In this document: in pieces, positions 26,801 to 39,240 of the stretch
How positions within the stretch are numbered: position 1 is the stretch's first letter
Layout of the letters: each line of letters begins with the position of its first letter
Origin: Camelus ferus
Taxonomy: Eukaryota
Direction of reading: 5' to 3'
Length of the DNA: 64,000 nt
NCBI RefSeq assembly: GCF_009834535.1
Contig: NC_045696.1
Coordinates: 86,430,001-86,494,000, forward strand
The notes under the pieces: generated by a model
Databases searched by the model: none
Seen by the model: the letters and a program-made list of their open reading frames with translations, nothing else
What the model was told of the DNA's origin: nothing
Made by a program: the position numbers and the translations under genes

Positions 26801-28000
26801 TTATAAATTCAAGTTGAAGATATAGCTAAAATTGATAGAACACATTGTTTATAGAAAGTATACAGTAAGTTACATAGAATAAATTGCCATATTTGTATAA
26901 TTTAATCAACATATAATATATGCCAGACATTGTTGTCAACTGTAGAAATAAAGTATTATATGGATTGATTTTATCTGTGTGTAAGTGACATTCCCATAGC
27001 CTCTCTGGAAGATGAGAACAAAATGTCCATTCGCTCAGCACAGCTACTAGGCTTGAAGTCACTTGAGTGGTTCCTTGTGAGCAAGTGAGCAAATATTAGT
27101 TTGTAACATCTGAAGTGATGTAGAGGAAAGGAGGGGAATTGGGTTCCAATTAGATTTAGTTTGGAAATCAAAAAGACTGAAAATTGAATGTTTTTATCTC
27201 TTGTGTTCTTAAAAATCCTAGCATTTTTATGGCAATAGGGATAGTTCAGTCTGCGTAGAAGTATGTATTTTCCCGGTTAAAGGGCTGAAGAAGTGTTTGG
27301 GAAGGACTGACACTGGCACCACGCAGAGCAGCACTGAGGCCGGGCAAAGACACCAGAGGGACAGCCATCCTCTCAGCAGCAGGAAAGCTTCCATGAGACT
27401 GTGGGTAGAGTTGTCATCACAGAAACGAAGGGGCAGGGGCCAAAGTTTAATATGATGGATGAATTACACTTTGCATTTCTCTCTGTGTAGTTAACTATTT
27501 GGAAGCAGGTCTGATACCTTTGTACTGACTAAGCCCCAGACATTCTTGGTCAGATGTGAAAAAGGAAAGACTGAGGGAAAGGAGCCAGACTTGATGCTAA
27601 TATAGACGACGAGAACTCCAGAAACTGATTGTAACAATTAAAGATGCATAATCGTAGTTATATTGTAAGCTATAGAATGGGATCAGTAAAGGGATACATA
27701 TAAATGGATAAACATGTAATTTAGAGAGGCGGGTATGGTGGAGAAATGGTAATTATCCAGAATCTATCAAACATGCAATAAGTAAATGGTCAAACAGTGG
27801 CTTTTCAACCCATTCACTCTTTCCAAGCCTGTTAACACGCTAATGCTAGACCTCCTGCTTACACTAAATGATACTTGTTTGTGAAATGCCTTGAGCAGTG
27901 TGTATATGAAAAATGTCATATAAGGGATAATTATCTGATTATAAAATTGAAGTGTTTCATAACTTAAATGGTTCTTCCTGTGTAAGTGAGGTGACTGCAC

Positions 28001-28043
28001 ACTTCATGTTACCTGAGCCAAACCTCATGTTACCTGAGCCAAA
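28001..28043. repeat. 21-bp tandem duplication
   Basis: acttcatgttacctgagccaa followed by acctcatgttacctgagccaa. Confidence 0.95.
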
Positions 28044-28274
28044 GCATGTTTGATGTAGGAAGAAAGACACTGGGAAGTTGAGATGAAGGTCTCAAACTTT
28101 CCGTGTGCCTTGAAATTATTTGTATCTTTGAAATATTGATAAAATTAAATACTAGGTACTATTATATATATATATAAAACTTATAATACATACAAAAATA
28201 AGTTATATACACTAATTTTACAGCTCTTAGGATCAGAAGTGATCCTTTTTCTAGAGTAACTCAAAGTTTAAAAA

Positions 28275-28520
28275 AATAACATGAATCACCACCATTTATG
28301 GAGTCTCAAATATGTGTTAAACATTTCACACATATTATTTTATCTACTCTTCAGAAAAAATACAAGGGGTGCTGTTTTCATTTTAATTTAGAAAACAGGC
28401 TATTAAATTTTAAAAAGACAAAATAAAATTTTAAAGAAATTAGGGGAAAAAAAGTCATTCCCCAAATCCTGATACTAATTAAAAAGCCAAGCTAGTATCT
28501 GAACTTCTCAGGAGATGATT
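28275..28520 (-). mobile_element. MIR SINE (degenerate)
   Basis: 'accatttatggagtctc...acatttcacacatattatttt'. Confidence 0.55.
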
Positions 28521-29647
28521 CAAAATACTACCTCTCGACTAGTGAGGGAGGCAATCAAGGAAAAACTATAAAAGGAAACAATAAAGCCTATAACAGAGGG
28601 ATGTGGGAGCGGGGGAAAGTAGTTTAAGCCTAGGAATTGTCACAAGGGAGATCTGGACTGGCTTTTAAGAGAAATAGGAGTTTACCAGGCTAGATAACAG
28701 AAAAGAATGGCCTGCCAGCTTGACAGAACTTGCAACAATCTATATTCTGATTTATATATATCAGTGAGAAATGATGAATAATTAACATGAGTAAGGGGCT
28801 TTCTTCAAATACTCTAAATCATACTGTGAGCTTCTGCCTATAAGCAAGATTGCAGCCAAGCCTGAGTCTGTTTTCAGAAATTGAGATGTTTCTGTGAGTA
28901 TGCTGGAGGCCCAGTCTATTGCTTTGGACCTAGGAGGGAAAAGTGTGCTGTAATAAACTATATTGCAATGAAAGAGGTTTTTGTGAGCTCTATTGGAATT
29001 GTAACTCCAGACGCTTTTTCTTTCTTTCTTTTTTTTTTAAGTTCTTATATTGTGAAATATCTTTTCTTGACACTTAGTGTCTACTTTCTGTTTTCAGTCT
29101 CCTATTTTCCTTCTGATGTAGTTTGGACTCTGCCCAGGGCACTATTCATGTGCGTGTCTTTCTCTGTGTTCACAGAAAAAATATAAACTTTCTTGGGACA
29201 ATCATGATTGCCTTCAGGAAGCTACAGATTCATTAAAGGGCTCAGTTAAAGAAAATAAATGTGAAATATATAACTGAGTACAAGTTTCTTTTTAAAAACT
29301 TGAATCTTTAAAGACCTGCTCTGCTCCTCAGGCTTGTTGAGTTTCTGGACAACACTGCCGTTTGCACCAACCTGTATTGCTGATGAAACCTGATTGCCTT
29401 TTTTTTTTTTTTTAGGACTCTTAAAGCTAAATATATTTGTTTACCATGCTTCCAACCATAACTAGGAAAATATGTGACTGATAGTTTTCTTTAATTAGTA
29501 AATTAAAAGGATATTGATTTTTTTTTTTTACTGGGTTCTCTATATTTAGGTGAATAATGCCTTGTGTCCAGTGATCAGTAAAGATGCAGGGGCAATACAG
29601 GCAGCTGTGAAGTCTATGTTCTAGGATTAGGAAGGTTTTCCTTAGGG

Positions 29648-30010
29648 TAACCTTTCCAAATATGTGTGGCAAGTACCACTATTGATATAGAGATTATTTT
29701 AGGTATTAAGGATACAGCTTTAAATTACATTGGATTACATGGGAGAGAAAATGATTACTTTTTCAATCTGGTTTCAATCCTTCTGATTGCATCATGAGGA
29801 ACATCTCACTTTGGCATGAAGATGTATTTAACAACCTCTGACTTTTGCTAATCTCTCTTTTTATAAAAGAGAAGTAGGCCTTAGTCTCAAGCCTTCACCA
29901 AACATTGTACTTGACTGGAAGTTAACACACTCATGGAAGTTTCATTGTATTTATTTTAAACCACTTCTTACTGTCAGATGGTGCTTCTTTTACATTTACC
30001 ATAGTAAACT
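29648..30010. mobile_element. hAT-Charlie element (MER113-like)
   Basis: 'ttcaatccttctgattgcatcatgaggaacatctcactttgg...ttgctaatctctctttt...aaagagaagtaggccttagtctcaagcc...ttcattgtatttatttt'. Confidence 0.65.
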
Positions 30011-30893
30011 TAACTTCATTTAATACATTTTGAGTAAATTTACTTACTAAAAAGTCTAAAAGAAAACAAAAAGTTGCAACTGTTCCTCTATGATATTAAA
30101 ATCTTTCCCTCAGGATGGCATTCTCAAAAAAACAAAAAACAAAAAACAAAAAAACCCAAAAACTAAAAAAGTGTCTTCAAAATTAACATGCATCAGGAGG
30201 TTTCAGGCTAGGACTACTTCTGCCTAACAGGTTAAAGAATAAACATGGTTGTTGCAGGATGTTCAACAAATACGGATAAAGAAGGTCAAAACCCACTATG
30301 TTTCTTATGAGTTAACCCAACAATGAGCACTGTCGGTGACACAGAGGCCAAAATATTGGCAACAGTCATGTGGCTTTTTATTTTAAAAAATTCTTGCTGG
30401 GTTTTTTATTAGATTGTTTTTATTGGTAAAAAATTCTCCCTGAAAGGTTATGGTATTGTAGCTTTTTCTACAAAGAGACATTTGGCCCTGTCTTCCTCTG
30501 ACAACTGAACTGCCAGTCAGACAGGCAGTGTTATTATCTGTAAATATACTTTAATAAAATAAAAGATAAGCAAACCCTTGCTTACCTCCCTCATCAGTTC
30601 TATCTTTGTGAGAGTGCGCAAATGTCCAAAGTCACTCGGGAGACACTAAAGGTCTCTAGACATTATATGCTAATAGGATTATCAAATGAAAAGAAGAGTA
30701 AAAAGATTTGTTTGAAAGGATTACAGGGAAGGAGAATAAAGGAAAGGAAGTCAACAAAAACAAAGATAAGTAAGCTTCAAAGTTTTGAAAAAAGGATATG
30801 GATTATGCTTTTTAGTGTATTAAAAATGCACTAAAGAATTAAACACAGTTTCTGGGTGCTTGGCTGAGAAAGCAGTTTGCAGAGGTGATGAAA

Positions 30894-31359
30894 TGTTACG
30901 GAAACGACATGCCAGTCAAGAAACAAGCAACACTCGGAGGGTTGGAGTACTCAGATGTATTACACCAGTGGGCTCAGAGGGACTTCTGCTCCGAAGCTCT
31001 GAGCACCTCCAAGACATGCGCAAGAGGTTTTATAGGGTAAAGTACAAGCTTGGGGTATTCGGCCAATAGGCATGGAACAGCTTTAGCAGCATTATCATCA
31101 CAAAAGTGGAGGTGGGGAAGGCAGCAAACCAACATTCCAAAGCCAGATATGTATCTTTGAAAACCCAGCTGGCTAGCAAAAAAACATGAACAGCAAACCA
31201 ACACTAATTAACTTAGATTTACAAGTTAGTCTAGCAGAACTCAGATCAGTATTCCAATACTTAGATTTGAGAGTTATCTTGTTAGCCCAGCCCAGCCTCT
31301 CCTTCACATTCCTAGACTTGTGAGTTATCTTGTTAGAGCAGCCCGGTTTTTCCTTCACA
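30894..31359 (-). mobile_element. Young ERV solo LTR (466 bp) with 51-bp-period duplication at its U3 end
   Basis: Minus strand reads TGTGAAGGA...CCGTAACA. Several CpGs retained. TATA-like motif on the minus strand (tttatagg on plus). No clean TSD. Confidence 0.8.
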
Positions 31360-31719
31360 GACTGAGTGGAACAAGGTGGACTTTGATGAGAAACCAGAAA
31401 AAAACATAGCAGGAAGAATGATTTGCTTTTAAAAAACTAATGAAATCATAATATCGAATTAGAGAGACTAATTAAAAGATGAAAAATGAGATAATATTGA
31501 TTTATACATAATTCCTGTTCTGAGAACAATCTCAGGGGCACATACTGTTATGAGAAAACACTCTCACCTCATGGTAGTAATGATTTAAGATGGAATTAAA
31601 GGAAAATAATAAACCTGAGGGAAAACAGAAACATCTGGGTAACTTATCTTTTCAATATTTATTTTATATATTTTTTTAATTAGAGCGGAAAATTCTAAAA
31701 TCTATATACTTTCAATGTG

Positions 31720-32300
31720 ACAGATATCTTACATATTTTATTTCAATCTGGTAACAACTCTGAAACATTGGTACTATGATCTTGTGAACAAAAAATACTG
31801 CAAACCATATCAGTAAACAAAGAACGCTGAAGCCATCAAGTCATCAGCGGCTGCCGCCACCCCCCAGTGAAGACAAGCCTGCAGCCCAGCCTCTGCAGCC
31901 ACTCACAATGGTGCACCCTGAGGGGACTCAGAATAAGAAAGGACAGGATACTGGCCCTAGATGGCTAGGTGCTTGTCAAAGGAATGAATTCAGTGAGCCC
32001 AAATGCTTGCTTCCTCCCACACAGAGAAAAGCACTAAATTCTTTAACTTGAGATGCCTGGTTTTCTTTAGATAACAAGTAATTTTTTTTGTTCCAACTAC
32101 CTGGTCTTTGTTGTAAAGCTCCTATATATCCTAGCTCCTTCCCTACCTCTTCAGAGCAGTCCCTCAGAGCCATCTCGAGTCCTCCCACCAAGTAAAACAA
32201 AACTCTCAACCTTTAGGCTGCGCTTTTATTTCAGTCGACAATCTCTACAGATCAAAGAAATGGCACTCATAAGAATTACATAACTGTTCATAATCATATA
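31720..32300 (-). mobile_element. MIR SINE split by LTR copy B
   Basis: Removing the LTR rejoins 'ttcaatctggtaacaactctgaaacattggtactatgatct|ctacagatcaaagaaatggcactcataagaattacataact', a MIR core. Confidence 0.7.
31783..32240 (+). mobile_element. ERV1-class solo LTR, copy B (458 bp)
   Basis: TGTGAA...TCGACA ends. Exact TSD ATCT (31779-31782, 32241-32244). About 18 substitutions and no indels versus copy A by manual alignment. Confidence 0.95.
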
Positions 32301-32429
32301 TACTTCCCATCCTGCTAAAGGATCACAAATAGTTTCATTGTTATGTAAGTTCAAACCTATGATAAGAGAGACAGAAAACACTTACTTAATGCTTTCTCAA
32401 CTATATTCCAAAGGTGTGGTTGGGCTTTT

Positions 32430-34830
32430 ACTTTCCACTATGAAAGAGTACCAGCCTTCCCCTCTGAACAAAAATAATTATTTATAAAACTTGGCACAAG
32501 ATACTAGACAACAGTTTTCAGGGATTAACCGATAGGCAGCTCTTATGACTGATCTTTGAAAGAAGGAAAATGCATGAGGACAGTGTCATGATCCCCTTAA
32601 GATTTCTGCCTTGGGACACTTTCCTGCCAATGAAGATGGAATCTAAGTAGGGCTGCAGAGAAAAATACTGGAGTTGCAAGCTGCTAAAGTAGAAGAAATT
32701 TGCAAGACAGGGTTTTGAAAAGAATTATGTGGGAGAAGGAAGTCTGTGTCAGGATTCACCACAGATGCTTGACCAAGGTCTGGGCTACTCATGCTCAAAG
32801 TTCAACTCTACGAGGTATTACAAAGATCACCTGGTACAGAGCTGAAAGATGAGTGGGGATAGCAAAGGTTATGCGGTGTGCTGGATGTTAGACTTATCAC
32901 CCAGCAAGAGTAGAGAAACCTCAGTAAGTCCTTTGGTGAGATTCAAGAAAGGACAAGCCTTTGGCATAAATACCACACCTTAGAATAATTCCCACAAGCT
33001 CACACTAATAGGTAAATAAAGTAGGCTGGCCTGCTTTAAGGAAGAATAAAGTGAAGTTTTGACAGAACCAGGAAGATGCAACAGTAATTTCTTCTCAGTA
33101 TACATAAAATGTTCACCAAGTTAGACCAAATGCTGGATGATAGCCTGTAAGTCTCAGTAACTATCAAATTATTGCTATCTTACAGAATATGTTCTCTGAC
33201 TAAAATTGAATTAAATTAGGGAAAGATACAGAAATTATTAAATATTTGAAAATTATTAAAATATTTGAAAATTAAAATAACACACCAATTAACTTATTAT
33301 TGAGTAGAAAATTACAAGGGAAATGAGAAAATATTTCAAACCAAACAAAAAATACAAGTGCAAATCTGTGGAGTCCAACTAAAATGTTAATGTAATAGAA
33401 GTTTACAATTTTTAAAGCTTTTATCAGAGAAGTACAAATGTTTAAAATAAGTCATTTGTTTTCACCATAATAGGAAAAAAAAGGGAAATTTCAAAACAAA
33501 AATAGAAAAAAAAAGAGCTGAACTCAGTGAAATAAAAAATCATTAACAGAGAAAACATACCGTAAGTTAGTTCTTTGAAAAGATTAATAAAATCAGTAAA
33601 AAGTTAGCAATTTAGCAAAAGTTAAGTAAAAACTGCTAAAAAGACTGATCAAGCAACAAAGAGAAAAATTTCCAATTACAAAAAATGAATGAAAGGATAT
33701 TGCAGCAGACCTAAAATATACTAAAAGACAGGGAATATTAAAGAATATTTAAGCAACTTTACACCAATAACTTCAACTCAACTAACACAAGAAGTAAAAA
33801 TCTATTATTTCTTACCTATATTTTACTTAGAGACTTCACAAGAGAAAAGAATGTGTATCAATGACCAAAAGCGCATGAAAAGGGGCTCCATATCAGGGAA
33901 ATGCAAATTAAAACTATGAGATACCACTTAATTCTCTCAATATGAGTGTGATTAAAAAGATAGTTGGGAGTTCGAAATTTGTAGATACTGACAGGCATAT
34001 ACATAGAATAGATAAACAAGATTATACTGTATAGCACAGGGAAATATATACAAGATCTTGTAGTGGCTCACAGCAAAAAAGAATGCAACAATGAATATAT
34101 GTATATTCATGTATAACTGAAAAATTGTGCTCTACACCGGAAATTGACACAACATTGTAAACTGACTATAACTCAATAAAAAAGAGAAAAAATAAAGATA
34201 GTCAACATGAAATGTTGGTGAGTATGTGAAATAATTGTAACCCTCATACATTTTGGGTGGTTGTGTAATATGGTGTGTCCACTTTGGGAAACAGTTGAGG
34301 AGATTCTTAGTCAGTTCTATAAACTACCGGTGGCCCAACAATTCCACTCCAGATATTTACTCAAAGAGATTATAACATCGGGCTGCAAATACTTGTGCAA
34401 GACTGTTTATATCAACACTGTTCATAATAGCTCAAATCTAGACACATCGAAACATCCATTAATAGATTAGGCAAATAAATTATAATTTTAGAATATACCC
34501 CTTAGCAATCATAAAGAGAGGACCACTGATTTCACAAACATGGATGGATCTCTAAAATGATATGTTGAGTAAAAGAGGCCAAACCCAAAGACTACAATCC
34601 TATGAAATTTAAGAAAAAACAAAATTAGTGTATGCTGATAGTTATTAGAACTGGTTTCTATAAATAGTTTGGAGGGAATGGACATTGGCTGGAAGGGGTA
34701 ACAGGGACTTTCTGGGAAGGAAGCAATGATCTGTCTCTTAAGGTCAAGTTTAAGAATGTACAACTCTGTCAAAATTTCTCAAGTTGTATACTTAAAACTC
34801 TGCATTTCACTATGTAAAACTGATGTCCTT
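32430..34830 (+). mobile_element. Old L1 (L1MD/L1ME1-like): 5' region, ORF2 pieces and 3' UTR, with large internal deletions
   Basis: 'gttctctgactaaaattgaattaaattag', 'ttctttgaaaagattaataaaat', 'agggaaatgcaaattaaaact', and the 3' end 'tatacttaaaactctgcatttcactatgtaaa'. Confidence 0.85.
33965..34193 (+). mobile_element. Young 5'-truncated camelid-type L1 3' UTR nested in older L1
   Basis: TSD aaagatagt (33956-33964, 34194-34202) at a canonical TT/AAAA site. Body reads 'gtatagcacagggaaatatatacaagatcttg...ctcaataaaaaa'. Confidence 0.92.
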
Positions 34831-36104
34831 TAAAAATACACACATAAGGCAACGACTAGGAAAAAAGACAGATACAGAGACAACTCGTCGACAGTTTTCA
34901 GCTATTTAATCCTCAAATGCTTGACCACCCAGGAGACAGAATTTCTAGCCCATATTTGAGTCATTATTAGGAAGCAATAATGTTTATATGTGTACTCTAA
35001 ATGTATGTTTTATACAAACATATGTGCCCATATAATAGTAAAGGTCATTCACAAAAAGTCACATAGCTTATACTTTTAAGATTCCTTTGTGTAACTGAAA
35101 GTCAACCTCAAATTTACAAATGTAAAGCTAATAAAATTTTTAATACTAAATTTTTCTTTTCCTATAAATTTTTAAGTATTCTTTTATTTTTCCTATGGCC
35201 TAGACTTTCTCAAAATTTTAAACAATTTGTTTCTGAGATATGCATGCAAACAAATTAGATTGTTTCCAAAAAGAAAAAAACCTTGAAAAAGAAAAATTTA
35301 TTTTTGTTCTGTTAATATTTGCATACTAAATATAGCATAGTATTAAGTATTTTAGCCACATAAATACTTTTTGACGGTAATGTATAAAATGAAATATATT
35401 CACAAATATATGCATATATACAATATATATGCTATATTATGTATGTATATATTTTGATGCCTTTAATACAGTTAAGACAAAAGTCACTAAAATTTAAATG
35501 ACCTGTTCTCTATATGTGACCTTTTTCTTACATATTTGAGAGAATATTTTAATTAAAAAAAAAAAGAATTACATGAATAAATCTTGAAACTAATGAATAA
35601 AGTATCAATGTAGGTAAAATTAATGAGGTTAGTTTCTGCCAAACACTATGAAACATGAAAAGTGCCATAAGAAAATGACATAATTTAAATACTTAAGGTA
35701 TAAAAAGCATGGGAACAGGACCGATGGCAAAACTTGAGAAGAGGAAAGCATGAATAATTTATACATAATGTATACATGCCAAGTTCACATACAGTTCATA
35801 TATGTAATTTTTAATGTATATATAAATTTTATTTCATAAAAACTACGTATACAAATAACCCATTAAAATAAAAATTAAATATATAACCAAAATATTAGTT
35901 AGTACTAGTTAAATCCAGGTTATGGGTTTCAGAGTTATTTTTAATTTTTGTGTTTTTTTTTTTTTTTTTTTTTTTACAATGAACATGAATCATTCACCTT
36001 GGGAATATTGGGAATATTTATTGGGAATAAAGACAAAATCCTAAGATCCTAATCTTGTTGTGTGGACCCAGGAAGGCTCTGCTCACGAGCCCCTCAAACA
36101 AAAT

Positions 36105-36740
36105 ATTTTCTCAACCCGAAAACCTCTTCACAAAGATCACAGAAACATTAAATGAGAGTTAAACCAGAATATGATGCTCATCCTGGCAATACAGTAAGAC
36201 ACTGCTGAAATGGAAATAATTCTCACTCTAAAGCAGCCAAGCAGGCAACACCCATTACACACGTGTTCTCAAGGTAAAGAATAACTAGTCTTCAAGTAAG
36301 AGAATTTGACAGCACCATCTGTCATACATAGTTAATACTAGCTTCACCTGGTAATTGGTGTGACCATCTGTGTCAGCTAATTGGCTTTAACCAGAGGAAA
36401 ACTTCTCATATCCTTAGGACTGGAGGTAGTTTTGCATTTTGGAGCAAGGTGCCCACTGGAGTTACGTTCCTATCCCTCCACAGAAACTGGGAGAAACGGA
36501 TGTTATCTTCCTTATGATAACCTAGTGTTTACATATTAAGGAGAGAATTTCTGAGTCCTCCAGAAATGCATTCCTCAGAAGGCTGATAAAAAGATTTATA
36601 CACATTTCAGAGAGAGGAGAAACTACTTAGAAGTTTTCTGCAGTAAATACTCTTAAAAAAAGGGAAGGGGAAAAGCCTGTTCCCTTAATTTTCCAGGGAG
36701 AATTAAGCCTCTTATTTTAAAAGTTTTATTTGCCCGTCCA
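36105..36740 (-). mobile_element. Older ERV1 LTR (MER67-like)
   Basis: 'ttgacagcaccatctgtcatacatag...cacctggtaattggtgtgaccatctgtg...gggagaattaagcctcttatttt...atttgccc'. Confidence 0.75.
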
Positions 36741-36808
36741 AGGGGCAAAACAGAACCACTTTTAAGTTTTATTAAATTTGTTATTTGGTAAACACCAACT
36801 ATATGCAA

Positions 36809-37199
36809 ACTTAAAAGAAAACAAGACAACCGGCCCCAAAGGGAGCTGCTTATGCTAAACCTCATGTCACCAAACCGAAACTTTACTTACAGTTTCCACT
36901 GTCTTAGCAATGGAATCTTAAATCAGTCAATCAGGAGTTGCCTGATCATCACTAGTTAGGTAATCTGCCTGATAGATCCCTGCCATCCCCTAAAGGAAAG
37001 TTACTTTGCGATAACCAACTCACGTTTTTGCCTAGAACAACGTCCTTGTTCCTGCTCCCTTCTGCCTATAAAAGCCTTTCATTTCGTATAGCTCCTCAGA
37101 GCTCTTTTCTGTCTACTACATTGGATGCTGCCCAATTCCAATCCATTTTTGCTTAAATAAACTCCTAAAAATTTTAATATGCCTGTTTGTCTTTTAACC
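36809..37199 (+). mobile_element. ERV1-class LTR
   Basis: Inverted ends ttaaaag...cttttaa. CAAT-like 'gtcaatcagg', TATA 'ctataaaag' near 37066 and AATAAA near 37157. Confidence 0.8.
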
Positions 37200-37649
37200 T
37201 TTTTTTTCCCAAAGGTGCTTACAGTCTCATAGCAGTGAGAGGTATATAAAAATAGTAATGCATTCCCAAATGTACTACTTATACGAACGTGATACAGTCA
37301 GGGTATAAAACATAGATTACCTCTGTTTAACAAGACTTTGGGGGACAAAGTTAAGGAAGGATTATGAAGCTTTTTAGGGGAAATATTTAAATTAAGCTTT
37401 AAAATGTCCAGGAGTTTATTATTTGGACATAGAAGAGAATGACTTTTTGAGGCAAATGAAAGAGCAAAAGCAAAGTCACGAAAGAATGGCTTTAACAATG
37501 CCAACGTGTAAGAGATACTCGCGATTTACCACATTTTCCACAGAGGTCATCTCAAAAATATTACCTTTTTCTGAAACGTTGTGTTTTGTAACCACTCTCT
37601 TCATTTTCAGTCAATAGCTTCACAAAGACAAGAGTAACTATAAAATCTG

Positions 37650-39240
37650 AATTAACTTAACTTCTCTCAACCAAACCTATTTAGCAGTTATTTTTCTTTC
37701 TTCACCCTTTGACACACATACATGCACAAAAAGAGTCCCGTTTCTTGCAAAAGCCCATCCCTCCACTTGAACGCTAGGTCTCCTTTCCTACCTTTCCTAC
37801 CTTTCCTAGGTATTTCGTCCAGTGATTTTCCTTTCTTCTTTATCTTCTACACTCTCTCTTCTCTGTTTATTCCTGCTTGTTAGCATTTCAAGATGCCCAC
37901 ATTTTTTTCACCTTTAAAAACCAGAAAGTAAACAAAGGAATAAAACAAAAAACTATTTCAACCTCTGAACTACTCCACCAGTTCCTCCCTTCCTTTTCTC
38001 CCCTTCAGCACTAAATCTAACCAAACTCACCTGCATATCTTCTGCTCCTGATTGCTGATGAAACTCACCTGCATTACCTTGCTTGTAGCCTGGCAACTAT
38101 TCTACCACACTGCTGATGCTGATCTCACTAATGATAAATCCAAGAGACACCTTTTATCTTTCACTGTTCTTGATGTCTCAGTGGTCATGGGCCTTTGACT
38201 TCACATACCTCTTTGGGGCACATTTTACCATCGATGTTTAATAACAGTATGCTCCATCATTTTTAGTCTCCATTTTTCATACTTTATTGGTGGATTTTTT
38301 TCCCTCTGCCTTTTCATAAAATGTAAATATTACTCAGTGTTGTTTGTTTTTTTTTTTTTCCTTTTCCTTTTTGTCTTATATCTTCAATCTGTATGAGGTC
38401 CCACATTTCAGTGGCCAAAAGTACCATCTGTTTACTGCCGATTTTTAAAATGTTACCCTGAGATGCTTTTCTTAACTGTTTTTTAAACATCCGAAACTGT
38501 ACTCATCAGCATCTCTCTCAAATCATCCTCTACTCTTGTATTTTCTATCTCAATGGACTATACGACCCGTAATCTAGAGATCAAATCAGAAACCTGAAAA
38601 GTTTGAGTCTTTTTCCTCCCTTTCCCCCCACCAGTCAATTCCTACATAATCTAACTCTGTGAGAGCTTAAACAGCTGTTTCCTCTTCTTTATTCCTGCTG
38701 CCACCACCTAAGTTCAATGGGTCATCATCTTTGCTTTATTAAAATAGTCTCAAAAATTGTCTCTCCACCCACCAGGCCTACTGTTTTATATACTAATTTT
38801 CCAAATAAACTGAAATCATGCTTCTAAATAAAAAAATGTTTCTTAAGTCTCTAAATCTTGCTGTGATTTTAAGACATTCTATTTTTTTTTCAATTCTTAT
38901 ATCATTTCTTTAACCAGATACATGCATTTTATGCTCTCTTTCTACCAACTTCTCTATTATTTTTATTGGGTAATTCTGAGTAGTCCTTTATTCTGAGTAG
39001 ATAAGGCTTTCATGCCCCAGCATCTCTCTAATCTCTCAGGACCTCCTATGAACTTCTGGAACACCCTGCATTTACAGTCATTACACCTACACTGCCCTGT
39101 AATTCACCGGTTTGTGTTACTCACTAAAAGCCCAGTGAGTGCAGGAAATCCACTTATCCTCTGTCTTCTCAGCCACATATTGTAACCCTACTGACAATTA
39201 GTGCCTGCCTGGAAGAACCTTATAAATATTTGTTACTTTA
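37650..39240 (+). mobile_element. Long LINE-2 fragment through to the 3' end
   Basis: Pyrimidine-rich L2 motifs 'aagcccatccctccact', 'aaactgtactcatca', 'caaatcagaaacctg', and the tail 'taaatatttgtt'. Confidence 0.75.
37782..37808. repeat. (CCTTTCCTA)x3 microrepeat
   Basis: Directly visible. Confidence 0.9.

Noticed and set aside
24476..32240. Full-length endogenous provirus bounded by two LTRs
   Set aside because: Each LTR has its own TSD, there is no PBS/PPT or gag/pol/env, the interval contains MIR/L2/hAT fossils, and the second LTR splits a MIR.
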